Notes: a model not told the origin generated them from the sequence alone. 64,000 bases of DNA from an uncultured Verrucomicrobiae bacterium (GCA_963765535.1 CAVXWU010000014.1:391963-455962); one strand, 5' to 3'; positions 43,375 through 53,720 are shown, numbered from the stretch's first letter. Made by a program: numbers and translations.

Positions 43375-44186
43375 GCGGTAATATTCCCTTCAAGTTCCCG
43401 GACGGCGAGGGCGGCGAGCGGAAGATCGATCCGAGGCGAGCCTTTGACGAAACCGGCGAGGAGGCATTTATCGCAGAGGGCATTGACGAGGCGCGGGATT
43501 CCTTTGGTGTAGGCGTAGATTCGCCAGAGAGCACCCATGGTAAAGATGGGCTCACCCTGGGAGCCCGCCACATGAAGCCGGTGTTGAATGTAAGGCCAGA
43601 GCTCCCAGCGTTTGAGGGGATCGAGGTGGAAACGCACGGTGATGCGCTGCCGGAGTTGTCGCAAATTGTGGGCATTGAGCCGGGATCGCAATTCCGGTTG
43701 TCCGAGCAGGACGATCTGGAGGAGCTTGCGATCTTCGGTCTCAAGATTGGAAAGCAGGCGGATTTGTTCAAGGAGCTCCGGGGTAAGATCCTGGGCCTCG
43801 TCGATGATCAGGACCGCGTCGCGACCCTCGTAGAGCAGATCAATGAGAAACTGATTGAGTGTCGAAAGGATTTCGAAGCGATCCATGCCTTTGGCGTTCA
43901 GGCCATACTCGTGGGCCACCGCGCGAAGGAGTTGATCGGGATCGAGGACGGGGTTGAGAATCAGGGCGGTGGCGTAATGATCACCCAATTCTTTGAGGAT
44001 GGCGCGGCAGATCGTGGTTTTGCCGCAGCCGACTTCGCCGGTGAGCTGAACGAAGCCTTTGCGTTCACGGATGCCATAGATAATGTGGTTAAAGGCCTCC
44101 CGGTAACGTGGGTTGTAAAAGAGATAACGCGGATTGGGCGCCAAATCGAACGGCGCCTCTTTCAAACCATAGAAATCCAGATACAC
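43371..44186 (-). CDS. ExeA/GspA/MshM-family AAA ATPase
   Basis: 271 aa with MYLDFYGLKEAPFDLAPNPRYLF, Walker A (GEVGCGKTT) and Walker B (LIIDEAQ). Confidence 0.85.
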   Translation of the reverse strand: MYLDFYGLKEAPFDLAPNPRYLFYNPRYREAFNHIIYGIRERKGFVQLTGEVGCGKTTICRAILKELGDHYATALILNPVLDPDQLLRAVAHEYGLNAKGMDRFEILSTLNQFLIDLLYEGRDAVLIIDEAQDLTPELLEQIRLLSNLETEDRKLLQIVLLGQPELRSRLNAHNLRQLRQRITVRFHLDPLKRWELWPYIQHRLHVAGSQGEPIFTMGALWRIYAYTKGIPRLVNALCDKCLLAGFVKGSPRIDLPLAALAVRELEGNITA

Positions 44187-44196
44187 GCGGGGAGAT

Positions 44197-45369
44197 TTAA
44201 GCGAGTTTCCGAGTGGTGGGAAGTAGAAGTTGGCAGGCCCGCAGCAGCGCCTGCATCTCGCTCTCGGTTCCGATGCTGATGCGGAGGCAATCGTTCACCG
44301 GTGAACCCGGGAACCAGCGAACCAGGATACGCCGCTCGCGGAGTCTGGCGAGCCAGGTTTCTGCCGGAAAATGGGGCGGCCGGACGAGGAGAAAGTTGGT
44401 TTGGCTGGGCCAGACTTTAAAGTCCAGGTCTTGCAGTTTACGGGAGATGCGGTCGCGGGTCCGAACGATGCGTTGGAAGTTGCGGCGATAATAAGGGAGA
44501 TGATCGAGCGTGGCACAGGCGGCGATTTGGCCGAGGCCATTGACATTGTAGCTGTCGCGGATTTTGTGGAGGGCGGTGATGAGATCGGGAGGACCGATGA
44601 GATAGCCGATGCGTTGGAAACAGAGCGAATATGCCTTCGAGAAGGTTCGCGCGACCAGGACATTGGGAAGGCTCAAGGCGAGCTCGAGCGCATTCTCTTT
44701 CGCGAAATCGACGTAGGTTTCGTCGAGGATGACCACGCCGCGCTGAGCTCGACAGAGGGCATCCAGTTCGTGCGTGGCATAACCGCGGCCACTGGGGGCG
44801 TTGGGTGTTGTCACATACGTCAGGGCGGCCCGGGAATCCCCAGCGCGCATCCGGCGCAGTTCGCCCGACGTGGGCAGGGCAAAGTCGGAACGCAGTGGAA
44901 CGGCATGGCGGATCGCGCCGTGAATATCGGCCAGGACGGGATAGAGCGAGTAGCTGGGAGTGAAGAACTGAATCGTCGATCCAGAAACCGCGCCTGCACC
45001 GCTGCCTCCTCGCGTGGGCGCCGGTTCAACAAAAGCTCGGGTGGCGAGGGCGAGCAGTTCGTCGGCGCCATTGCCAGCGATGATTTGATCGGGGGAACAA
45101 CCGTGATATTGGGCAAGTTTATTGCGGAGGACCTGCGCGGTGGGATCCGGGTAGAGCCGGAGCCTGCCATCGATCGCCGCACGAATGGCGGCGAGCACGG
45201 CCGGAGCGGGTGGGTAAGGGTTCTCATTGGTATTGAGTTTGATGAGTCCGCGGATGTGCGGTTGTTCACCAGGGACGTAGCCGGACAAACGTTGCACCAA
45301 GGGTCGGATGAGGCTGGACCTCTTTCGATGCGGGGCCGGTGGACGGGCAGGAGTCTTGGATTTGGGCAT
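44197..45369 (-). CDS. hisC: Histidinol-phosphate aminotransferase
   Basis: ...LNTNENPYPP..., the PLP-Lys context RTFSKAYSL, and ...LRISIGT. Start set at the ATG at 45369; the track start at 45420 is a TTG. Confidence 0.9.
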   Translation of the reverse strand: MPKSKTPARPPAPHRKRSSLIRPLVQRLSGYVPGEQPHIRGLIKLNTNENPYPPAPAVLAAIRAAIDGRLRLYPDPTAQVLRNKLAQYHGCSPDQIIAGNGADELLALATRAFVEPAPTRGGSGAGAVSGSTIQFFTPSYSLYPVLADIHGAIRHAVPLRSDFALPTSGELRRMRAGDSRAALTYVTTPNAPSGRGYATHELDALCRAQRGVVILDETYVDFAKENALELALSLPNVLVARTFSKAYSLCFQRIGYLIGPPDLITALHKIRDSYNVNGLGQIAACATLDHLPYYRRNFQRIVRTRDRISRKLQDLDFKVWPSQTNFLLVRPPHFPAETWLARLRERRILVRWFPGSPVNDCLRISIGTESEMQALLRACQLLLPTTRKLA

Positions 45370-45423
45370 GGAGATCAAGAGTGATGGGAATCTCTCCGGT
45401 TGTGAAGAATGGTGGACCAATTC

Positions 45424-46752
45424 TCAGTCGGGGCGTTTGCGAACAACCTTTTTCCGTGATCGAGCCAGCCGTATGGCCGCGGAGTGCCCATGCGCGTCGA
45501 GTCCCTCAAGTGCGGCGAATTTCTGGATGAGCGGAACGGAATTGCGCAAGGCCGAGCGGTCGTAATGGACGAGGCTGGTGCGTCGCTGGAATTGGTCAAC
45601 CGTGAGGCCGGCAAAGCTGGCGCCGCTGCCACCGGTGGGCAAGGTATGGCTGGGACCGGCGACGTAATCGCCCAGGACGGTAGGCGTCCATGAGCCGAGG
45701 AAGATGGCGCCCGCAGAAATGATTTTGTCGGCAATACCAGCGGGGCGGCGGGTCATGATCTCGCAATGTTCGGGGGCAAGGTCATTGGCGAGGGCAGCCG
45801 CATCGTCGAGCGAGCGGACCTGGATGAGCCAGCCGTGGTTGTCGAGGGCGATGGAGATCAATTCGCGTCGGGCGCGTGCGGGGAGCTGGCGCGCTACTTC
45901 CCGTTGGACCGAACGGATAAGTCGGCCGGAGGTCGTGATCAGCCAAACGCGTTCGCGGCCGGAACCATGTTCGGCCTGGGCAATGAGATCGGCGGCAATC
46001 CAGTCCGGCCGCGCGGTGTCGTCGGCGATAACCAGCAGTTCACTGGGGCCGGGGAGAAGGTCAACAGCCACATGTCCAAAGAGAAGCCGTTTAGCGGCGA
46101 CGACGTAGGCGTTGCCGGGGCCGAAAATCTTTCCGACGCGGCGGATCGTGGGCGTCCCATAGGCCAGGGCGGCGATCGCCTGGGCACCGCCCAGCCGATA
46201 AACTTCGGTGGCGCCAGCAGTCCGGATAGCGAAAAGCAGTGCGGCATTGAGGGTGCCGTCCGCACTACAAGGCGTCGTGACGACGATCTCGGGGCAACCG
46301 GCCACCTTGGCGAGGGTAATCGTCATCAACGCCGTCGAAATGAGCGGGGCCTTGCCGCCGGGCACATAGATGCCGATCCGCCGGAAGGGATCGAATTTCT
46401 CGCCCACAACGCCCGCCTGGGCATTCCTGGTTGACCAATCGCGTCTCAATGCTTTTCGGCTGAATCGTTCGATGTTTCCACGGGCTGCGGAGACGGCCTC
46501 GCGCAGCGATTCGTCGGCGCGAAGAGCCGCGGCAATAAACTCCGCCTGGGTGACCGGAAGTTGGTCGGGGCAGAGAGTGGCTCCATCAAATTTGCGCGTG
46601 AGTTCGACGAGGGCGGAGTCTCCCTCCGTCCGGACGGCTTCAAGTATTTCGCGGCAACGCTCTTCGATGACCGGGTCGAAGAGGCTGCTTTGTGCGGTCA
46701 GTTCCCGAATTTTGTCGGCAAAGGCGCAGTCGGAAGAGCGCAGGACGTTCAT
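45424..46752 (-). CDS. hisD: Histidinol dehydrogenase
   Basis: 442 aa with ...IGIYVPGGKAPL..., AQAEHG and ...GDYVAGPSHTLPTGG... Confidence 0.95.
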   Translation of the reverse strand: MNVLRSSDCAFADKIRELTAQSSLFDPVIEERCREILEAVRTEGDSALVELTRKFDGATLCPDQLPVTQAEFIAAALRADESLREAVSAARGNIERFSRKALRRDWSTRNAQAGVVGEKFDPFRRIGIYVPGGKAPLISTALMTITLAKVAGCPEIVVTTPCSADGTLNAALLFAIRTAGATEVYRLGGAQAIAALAYGTPTIRRVGKIFGPGNAYVVAAKRLLFGHVAVDLLPGPSELLVIADDTARPDWIAADLIAQAEHGSGRERVWLITTSGRLIRSVQREVARQLPARARRELISIALDNHGWLIQVRSLDDAAALANDLAPEHCEIMTRRPAGIADKIISAGAIFLGSWTPTVLGDYVAGPSHTLPTGGSGASFAGLTVDQFQRRTSLVHYDRSALRNSVPLIQKFAALEGLDAHGHSAAIRLARSRKKVVRKRPD

Positions 46753-46858
46753 AGTGCGATGACACTAGATTCCCTGATCTCCCAAAGTCAATGCAGCCAG
46801 GTCCGTCCCCAGCCTTGCCGGGGCTCGACAATAGAGGGGTGTCTGCTAGTTTTGCGGC

Positions 46859-48094
46859 ATGAGTTTTGTGGCCGAATACAATCGGCTTCCATTGCAGGCC
46901 CTGCTGAATCTAGCGAATTGCGCCTCGACGAGTTCGGTACGGGCGGGTCTGGAGCGTACGGAGGGCTCGCTGGCGGACTTTGCCGTTTTGATCTCGCCGG
47001 CGGCCGCGGAATTTCTGGAAACGATGGGGGCGCGGTCGCAAGCAATTACACGACAGCGATTCGGCAAAGTGATCCGGATGTTCGCTCCATTATACCTGTC
47101 CAACGAATGTATCAACAACTGCCAGTATTGTGGGTTTTCACGCGACAACCCGATACTGCGGGTGACGTTGAACGAGGAGGATGTCCGTCGTGAGGCGCGG
47201 GCCCTGCGCAGCCAGGGGTTCCGCAATATTCTGTTGGTGGCGGGAGAGCATCCGAAGTTCGTGGGGCACGAATACGTGGCGTCGTGTATTGAAGTCGTCC
47301 GTGGCGAGGCCCCAAGCGTCTCCCTCGAAATCGGGCCGATGGAAACGCGCGATTACGTACCCCTGGTGGCGGCCGGCGCGGATGGGTTGGTGGTCTACCA
47401 GGAAACGTACGACCCGGCACTCTACGCCGAACTCCATACTGCCGGCCCGAAGCGGGACTTCAACTGGCGGATGGAGACTCCGGAACGGGCTTATGTGGCC
47501 GGATTCCGGCGTTTGGGCATCGGGGCACTATTCGGATTGGCGGACTGGCGGATGGAGGCCCTGAGCATGGCCGCACATGCACGTTACCTGCTGCGACAGT
47601 GTTGGAAAGCTCAGTTGACAATCTCACTTCCGCGCCTGCGCCCGTGCGCCGGGGAATTCCAGCCCCGAACGCGCATGAGCGACCGCGAACTGGTCCAATT
47701 GGTGTGCGCGTTTCGATTAATGTTTCCGGATGTGGGCCTGGTGCTTTCCACGCGCGAGCCGGCGAAGTTGCGGGATGGCCTGATCACGCTGGGAATCACG
47801 CTGATGAGTGCCGGCAGTCATACGGAACCGGGCGGATACACCGGTGTGGACCGCCAGAAGTTGCATCGAACCGAGCGCGGTCGGATTGTGGAACTCGGCG
47901 CGAGCGAATGGTTGAGCGGCGCGGGAAGCGACGTGGGGGCAACGCGCCAATTCGATATCGCCGACGGGCGTTCGCCAGCGGAGGTGGCCGAACAGATACG
48001 GAACCTGGGCTATGAACCGGTATGGAAAGACTGGGATACCGGGTTGGGTGGACGCGCCGACCACCGCAAACCCGTCGAGGCTGTGATTTCATGA
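46859..48094 (+). CDS. thiH: 2-iminoacetate synthase ThiH (radical SAM)
   Basis: APLYLSNECINNCQYCGFSRDN (CxxxCxxC). The N-terminus is collinear, from memory, with E. coli ThiH (..LISPAAA..L......ITRQRFG). thiS lies downstream. Confidence 0.85.
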   Translation: MSFVAEYNRLPLQALLNLANCASTSSVRAGLERTEGSLADFAVLISPAAAEFLETMGARSQAITRQRFGKVIRMFAPLYLSNECINNCQYCGFSRDNPILRVTLNEEDVRREARALRSQGFRNILLVAGEHPKFVGHEYVASCIEVVRGEAPSVSLEIGPMETRDYVPLVAAGADGLVVYQETYDPALYAELHTAGPKRDFNWRMETPERAYVAGFRRLGIGALFGLADWRMEALSMAAHARYLLRQCWKAQLTISLPRLRPCAGEFQPRTRMSDRELVQLVCAFRLMFPDVGLVLSTREPAKLRDGLITLGITLMSAGSHTEPGGYTGVDRQKLHRTERGRIVELGASEWLSGAGSDVGATRQFDIADGRSPAEVAEQIRNLGYEPVWKDWDTGLGGRADHRKPVEAVIS

Positions 48095-48109
48095 GCGATC
48101 GGGATTGAG

Positions 48110-48538
48110 GTGCGTTCGATGGAACCTGTGAAGTCTGCACCCAAGCCGATCCTCTTCCTGGTGGGAGGTCTCGTCGTGTTACTGGCCTCGACAGTCCTGT
48201 TCGGGTTGCCCCAGGTGCGGCGGGCGGCTCGGATTGGCGCAGCGGCGCGTGCCCGATACCAAATGCAACAATGGGCGCGCGCGTCGGAGGCTTATCGGCA
48301 GGAGCACCAGCGGATGCCCGAGGGTGATTTGGCGGCGGTGCTCGCGACATTGCGCCGTGACCCTGCTTCGCGAACATTCCTTGTAACTCAGGAAACGGGC
48401 GATTCGGGGCGGCTGCTTTTGGATCCGTGGGGAACGCCCTGGCAAATTCGGGACGGCGAACGGATTGAGATTCACTCTGCCGGACCCAATCGGCGGTTTG
48501 GGGATGATGATGATTTATCGTCGTTGAATCTCCGTTGA
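48110..48538 (+). CDS. GspG-like pseudopilin-domain protein lacking a canonical prepilin leader
   Basis: 142 aa with one N-terminal TM. The C-terminal LLDPWGTPWQIRDGERIEIHSAGPNRRFGDDDDL resembles the T2SS GspG C-terminal motif (DPWG.PY...S.G.DG..G..DDI). Confidence 0.5.
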   Translation: MRSMEPVKSAPKPILFLVGGLVVLLASTVLFGLPQVRRAARIGAAARARYQMQQWARASEAYRQEHQRMPEGDLAAVLATLRRDPASRTFLVTQETGDSGRLLLDPWGTPWQIRDGERIEIHSAGPNRRFGDDDDLSSLNLR

Positions 48539-48583
48539 ATGGAGCGGGGAAAGACCGGCCGGCGGTCAGCGAGGAAGTTCAGG

Positions 48584-48790
48584 ATGAAAGCCAAGGTAAT
48601 TGCGAACGGAAAAGAGACGGAGCTGGACCTGCCCAATACGATTGAGGCTTTCGTGCGGTTGCTGGGCCTGGCGCCCCGAAGCGTAGTGGTCGAGCATAAT
48701 GGTGAGGCGGTCGCGCCCTCGGAATTCGCGCACCGTCATCTGAGCGCCGGGGACCGATTGGAGATCGTCAGGATTGTGGCGGGCGGATGA
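48584..48790 (+). CDS. thiS: Sulfur carrier protein ThiS
   Basis: 68 aa, MKAKVIANGKETELD...GDRLEIVRIVAGG, ending in Gly-Gly. Start moved to the ATG at 48584. Confidence 0.8.
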   Translation: MKAKVIANGKETELDLPNTIEAFVRLLGLAPRSVVVEHNGEAVAPSEFAHRHLSAGDRLEIVRIVAGG

Positions 48791-48831
48791 ACCCGGAATT
48801 TGGATAGTGCCCGCGAACCGGCGGGCGAGCT

Positions 48832-49197
48832 TCACTTGAAGAGGGCAAGCCGGAGGCCGACGAGAACCAGGAACAAACCAAAGACCCGTTTGAGATTCTC
48901 CGCCGGGATCATGGTCGTAAGCCAGGCCCCGAGGTAGCCGCCGAGGATCGCCAACGGCAGCAGGGCAAGGGCGGTGCGCCAATCGACGTTTCCCTGGCTG
49001 AAGTGTTTGACGGAACCCACCAATGCCGTGGGAACGATGACCACCAATGAGGTGCCGATGGCCTGCTTGATGTCGCGGATCGGTGGATGAAGAAGAAAAA
49101 TCATCGCCGGCACCATCACGATTCCACCTCCGACTCCGAAAAGGCCGCTGGTTACCCCGCCCACCAATCCGATCAGACCTGCCACGAGGAAGTTCAT
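48832..49197 (-). CDS. TauE/SafE (TSUP) family membrane protein, half-size (121 aa, about 4 TM)
   Basis: GGVTSGLFGVGGGIVMVPAMIF and the GTSL motif are typical of DUF81/TSUP; the length is about half of usual family members. Confidence 0.7.
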   Translation of the reverse strand: MNFLVAGLIGLVGGVTSGLFGVGGGIVMVPAMIFLLHPPIRDIKQAIGTSLVVIVPTALVGSVKHFSQGNVDWRTALALLPLAILGGYLGAWLTTMIPAENLKRVFGLFLVLVGLRLALFK

Positions 49198-49297
49198 GAC
49201 CCACCTTATGGCCGGAGCACCGCAGACAGGACAATACTAAACCAAGCAACGATCCCGAAGACTACGCAAGGGGACCAGCTTCGGATACCGCGGAACG

Positions 49298-50116
49298 TCA
49301 TCGTATTGGAACTGTGAAATGCCGGCGAGCTCGAAACCGGCGTGTCTCCAAATAACCGACGCTCCGTGCGAGTTCCAGGGCCGCGCGGAAGTCCATGCCG
49401 GTTTCGCCGGCGGCATGCGAATCGGAACCGAAAGTGATGGGGACGCGTCGCTGGCAGGCGAGTTCGAGCAACGCGCGAGAAGGATAGATCTCGCGACAGT
49501 CCTTGCGAAGGCCCGCGGTGTTCAATTCGATGGCGACATCGGCGGCCACGGCGGCCTCCAGGAATTGATCATAGAGCGGGGTGCAATCACGTTCCGGACG
49601 GATGCCGAATTTCTTGGGCAGATCGGCATGTCCGATAATGTCGAAGAGTTGTGAGGCCGCGGCCTGGCGGAGACAATCGAAGTAGACGGACCAGACCTCG
49701 AACGGATCACGCTGATTCCACCTCGAGAGCTGGCTGGGATCGTCAATGGCCCAATCCTCCGAGATGTAATGGACCGAGCCGATGAAATAATCCCAAGGAT
49801 GCCGAGTGGCCAATTCGCGGATCCAATCCACCTGGTCCGGCAGGTAATCCACTTCCAGCCCGAGCCGAATGATCAGTCTGGGCTGGTCCCGGCGCGCCTT
49901 TTCCACGCGCTCAACGTATTCGTCGAGCTGGTTGGAGTTCATTCGCCAATTGTCGAAGTCGTCCCGGGGCATCGGGGCATGATCGGAAAAGCCGATTTCA
50001 TCCAGTCCAACCGTCACGGCGCGGGCGGCATATTCGGTGGGTTCGCCTGTCGCGTGCCGGCACAGGGGAGTGTGGAGGTGATAGTCCGCAGGCAACATGG
50101 AATGATTAGAGGCCAA
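49298..50116 (-). CDS. Histidinol-phosphatase, PHP (HisJ/HisK) family
   Basis: 272 aa with DYHLHTPLCRHA, IGFSDHAP, GSVHYI and TFGSDSH: the PHP metal-binding motif series. Confidence 0.85.
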   Translation of the reverse strand: MASNHSMLPADYHLHTPLCRHATGEPTEYAARAVTVGLDEIGFSDHAPMPRDDFDNWRMNSNQLDEYVERVEKARRDQPRLIIRLGLEVDYLPDQVDWIRELATRHPWDYFIGSVHYISEDWAIDDPSQLSRWNQRDPFEVWSVYFDCLRQAAASQLFDIIGHADLPKKFGIRPERDCTPLYDQFLEAAVAADVAIELNTAGLRKDCREIYPSRALLELACQRRVPITFGSDSHAAGETGMDFRAALELARSVGYLETRRFRARRHFTVPIR

Positions 50117-50253
50117 GGTGCGGCGGGACGAAAGCGAATTTCAGTTCATTTGTCGATCGCACCCATCTCAAGTCGAACTGGATAATTCCCTCACGGGCGG
50201 GTAGACTGGCCCGGAGTTTGGCAAGTCCCGTTTACAGAAACCGAAATAATCAA

Positions 50254-50505
50254 ATGCCTCTCTACGAATACGAAGTCTGTGACAGCAACGGCGGCTGCAA
50301 AGTCTGCGGCGGGACATTCACGCTCCGTCGCCCCATTGGCGCAAGTCCGGTCACCCGGTGCCCACTTTGCAAGCGTCCCGTCAGAAAGCTCATTTCAAAT
50401 TTCAGCTCCCCCTCCAAGCTTAAGCCCCTTTCCGTGTCCGATGCCAAGAACGCCGGATTCACAGTCCTCAAACGCGTCAACAAGGGCGAATATGAAAAAC
50501 AGTAA
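50254..50505 (+). CDS. FmdB-family zinc-ribbon protein (CxxC_CxxC_SSSS)
   Basis: MPLYEYEVCDSNGGCKVCGGTFTLRRPIGASPVTRCPLCKRPVRKLIS: the typical MP.YEY start with two Cys pairs. Confidence 0.75.
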   Translation: MPLYEYEVCDSNGGCKVCGGTFTLRRPIGASPVTRCPLCKRPVRKLISNFSSPSKLKPLSVSDAKNAGFTVLKRVNKGEYEKQ

Positions 50506-50674
50506 ACCCGGTCCAACCCTCAGAGCGCGCCTCCGCTGTTCCCCGTCGAAGATTTGCCGGCGGGGCGGTGTCGACACCGGGCTTGCACACTCACGGCAGG
50601 TGCCGCATCTTTCCACACGTTTTCATGCCGCTACGCTTGCGGCTCACGCCATTCTGTCCGGGATCTGACAAGCC

Positions 50675-51376
50675 ATGGAAGATGGGAACAATACTCTCGG
50701 CCCCGCCTCGCACGCTCAACATCCAACCGAGGGTTGGGGGCGGTCGCAACGTTCCTCGGATCCAGAACATGGGTCCCTGCTCGATGAACGCCTGCAATAC
50801 ATCGGCGCGTTTTTTCGCAATCCTGCCGCGGTCGGCTCCCTCTGGCCAAGTTCACCGGCCCTGGCCCGGGCCACACTTTCCAACTGCGATCTCCGCAGTG
50901 CGCGTCTGGTGGTCGAACTTGGCCCGGGCACCGGGGCCTTTACCCGTGTCATCATGGATCGATTGGGGGAACAAACCGAATTCTTCGTTGTCGAGCTCGA
51001 TTCCAATAGCACGGTTCAGCTTCGGCAGAGATTCCCTGGCCTGCATGTCGTCAATGATTCGGCCGAAAACCTCAACCGGCATGTCGAACGCATCGGCCAT
51101 AAAGTGGACTTCGTCATCAGTGGTTTGCCCTGGGCTAATATGAAAGCCGAGCTCCAGGATCGGATTCTGGACAATATCTTCGATTCCCTCTCCGAGCGAG
51201 GCGCCTTCACGACTTTCGGCTACTGGCACGCCTCGTTCCTTCCCGCTTCCCGCCGCTTCCGCGCCCGCCTCGAATCACGCTTTGGTTCCGTGAAACGCAG
51301 CCGGGTGATATGGCGAAATTGTCCCCCCGCGCTCTTTTATTGGTGCCGTCATCCGCGTCACGCTGTCGCTCCCTGA
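50675..51376 (+). CDS. Class I SAM-dependent methyltransferase (phospholipid N-methyltransferase / COG3963-like)
   Basis: FFRNPAAVGSLWPSSPALA...VVELGPGTGAFT...DFVISGLPWANM pattern. The exact start is uncertain. Confidence 0.7.
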   Translation: MEDGNNTLGPASHAQHPTEGWGRSQRSSDPEHGSLLDERLQYIGAFFRNPAAVGSLWPSSPALARATLSNCDLRSARLVVELGPGTGAFTRVIMDRLGEQTEFFVVELDSNSTVQLRQRFPGLHVVNDSAENLNRHVERIGHKVDFVISGLPWANMKAELQDRILDNIFDSLSERGAFTTFGYWHASFLPASRRFRARLESRFGSVKRSRVIWRNCPPALFYWCRHPRHAVAP

Positions 51377-51400
51377 CCTGAACGGCGACTTCGCCGCGAC

Positions 51401-53434
51401 TCAGTTGCGGACCCTTAACACAGTATCGGGCGGGAAAACGGGCCCCAACTCGACCGGCCCTTTGAATCCATGCGTCTTCACCGTCATCCGATGGTTCGAC
51501 CACTGCCAGTCCACCCTGCCCAACCGGGTTGGCAATCCCTTGACGGACATCGGCTCCTCGAGCCAGTCCTCCCGCACTCCCAATCCGACCCGCAGCACAG
51601 GCTCCGGGCCCGCCTCGTCCAAACACGCGAGCATGTCCAACTGCAATAACAATATCTCCGCGGCAGTCCAGTAATGCGGCGTGACGTGCGCGGGCGTCAC
51701 CCATCCCCGGATCGGTTCCCACCGCCCGTAGGTGTTCTCTTCCCCTTCGCCCTCCCACCAGGTGTAGAGACCCGGCGATGCCTGATGGGCCCAGAACCAC
51801 TCCAGATCATTCCACGCCTCGGCAGGACGCTCCAATGCCAGCCATTGGTGCGCCTCGGCTGCGTTGAAATAAGTCCACAGCGGTCTGTCATTCTCCATAT
51901 CATCTTCGCCATGCGTTCGGCGGCGTCGTTCCGCCAACTTCCGCTCATACCCTTCGCGATCCTTGACAATCCAGCTCGGATACAAGCCGCAGATATAGGT
52001 GCGATCGTTCTCCTCCAGTTCCCCCGCCGCTTTTGACCAGGCCGCCCGCAATTCGATCGCGCGTTCCCGCCAGTTCCCGGCCTCGCGCGCCTTTCCGAGT
52101 CGTGCCGCCAATTCCGCGGCATTCATCAGGCCACGGTAGCTCACCGCATTGACGTAGAGGATGGGGCGTTGCCAGTCCATCCGGCCCATGATCAGTCCGT
52201 CGCGTGCTGGATCGCACACCAAATCCAGGTCCGCCTGTCCCCGATGCGCTGGAACGACCGGTCCCGTGAACGATTTTCGCACCGCATTCGTGGCGCTTAA
52301 CATTCCCAGGATCAGCTCCGCCTTCCGCTGCGCGTGCGGCCACAGCCATTCGTCGAATCGCGCGTCGCGACGCATACCGGCCACTTCTGTCAATGCCCAC
52401 AAGGCGAGCCCCGGCCCATCCGCCTCCGCGCCGAATCCGCCAAAGAAGTCGCGCTCGCCGAACTCCCGGCAAAGTTCAGCGGCCACCTCGAGTTGTCCGG
52501 CCCGGGCCAAAGCCACAATCACATAGGCCCCGTCGCGCAGCCAGTTGAGCGGATAATTGTTGGGATCGCCGGGACGGGTTTCGAGTCCCACCAGTCCCAT
52601 CATCAAATGGGCCACCTGGGCCTCCATGCAATCCGTGAATTTGCGTTCCGGAACCTGAACGTCCACTTCGGGGTGGAGCTTCGTAAACTTGAGCGGATCC
52701 GCCGGAGGAATGACAGCATCCTCGATGGTCACCCAGTGTTCTTCCTGTCCCAGCAGGGTGAATTTGGCATACCCCCATTCCGCTTCTTCCGGCCAGGTCA
52801 CTGTGCCCACCGATTCCTTCACCGGGGACGCTCCCGTCGGTGGCACAACTTCAACCTTCGCGGGCCGAAAGCTAAAACTCACCACCCAGCGGTCATTCAC
52901 AAACAGCCGATTGTCGTCATACCAGTGCAGCGTCTTGATCGCGGCTCCGGCCGGTCCCACACTCCGCAGCACCAACACCACAGAATTCGTCCCCCGTGCT
53001 CTGGCGCGCAATTGCCACCGGTTTTCCCCTAACGTGGACCATTCGGCTTCGTAATATGGAGTGACGGTCCGAATACCGGGGACATCGGGATGTCTCGGCC
53101 ATATCCGCTGAGGTGGCCAATAAAACTCCTGTTCGATCTCCTCCATGGGCATCGTTTCACTCGACGTGAGCCGTTTGCCTTTATCGTCCGCCACCCAGAA
53201 CGAGAGCCCAAAACTACCAAAGGCCGGGCTGAAATTCCCGCCCGGCTCGTGATACCCTTTGAAATCCTCCCGGCTGCCCGGCCAGGCAAGGATGACGTGG
53301 CCCTTCCCCCGCGGCCACGGATCGTTCGGGCGCAGAATCATGGCATTGACCACTGACAACCGTCCGTTCTCTGCCGCTTGGGCACTGAAGCGGGTCGCCA
53401 GGAGCAGCACCAGGTAGAACAAGATTGGACGCAT
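51401..53434 (-). CDS. Exported putative glycoside hydrolase with (alpha/alpha)6-barrel-like C-terminal half (GH15-like)
   Basis: Signal peptide MRPILFYLVLLLATRFSAQA. NYPLNWLRDGAYVIVALARAG resembles the W.RD.A motif of six-hairpin glucoamylase-like enzymes. The assignment is tentative. Confidence 0.6.
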   Translation of the reverse strand: MRPILFYLVLLLATRFSAQAAENGRLSVVNAMILRPNDPWPRGKGHVILAWPGSREDFKGYHEPGGNFSPAFGSFGLSFWVADDKGKRLTSSETMPMEEIEQEFYWPPQRIWPRHPDVPGIRTVTPYYEAEWSTLGENRWQLRARARGTNSVVLVLRSVGPAGAAIKTLHWYDDNRLFVNDRWVVSFSFRPAKVEVVPPTGASPVKESVGTVTWPEEAEWGYAKFTLLGQEEHWVTIEDAVIPPADPLKFTKLHPEVDVQVPERKFTDCMEAQVAHLMMGLVGLETRPGDPNNYPLNWLRDGAYVIVALARAGQLEVAAELCREFGERDFFGGFGAEADGPGLALWALTEVAGMRRDARFDEWLWPHAQRKAELILGMLSATNAVRKSFTGPVVPAHRGQADLDLVCDPARDGLIMGRMDWQRPILYVNAVSYRGLMNAAELAARLGKAREAGNWRERAIELRAAWSKAAGELEENDRTYICGLYPSWIVKDREGYERKLAERRRRTHGEDDMENDRPLWTYFNAAEAHQWLALERPAEAWNDLEWFWAHQASPGLYTWWEGEGEENTYGRWEPIRGWVTPAHVTPHYWTAAEILLLQLDMLACLDEAGPEPVLRVGLGVREDWLEEPMSVKGLPTRLGRVDWQWSNHRMTVKTHGFKGPVELGPVFPPDTVLRVRN

Positions 53435-53720
53435 TGGTTGAATCTCGGAACAAAAGGCCCCCAACTCAATGATAAAACAACTGTCACTTCACTTCGGGAT
53501 CGGCCCGCCAGAGACCACGCATGCCAACCTGTTGTAACCTTTCCCCACGGCCAACCGTCACTCACAATAAGACAGCAGAATCCCATCACATGTACCCGTC
53601 TCACAAACAAGTCGGCCCATTGCTTCGACTTCCGCGAATCGCTGATGCGATTCAATCAAACGACCCATCCGGTTTGACATCAGCCGCGCCGCGCCCACGA
53701 CGTTACCGTCTATAGAGACC

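Noticed and set aside
46753-46858. Possible TPP (THI-box) riboswitch upstream of thiH
   Set aside because: Only fragments loosely resemble the consensus (CCTGATCT..., AGGGGTGT). There is no CTGAGA core and only about 105 nt are available. ThiH aligns from the very first codons, so there is no room for a full aptamer plus expression platform.
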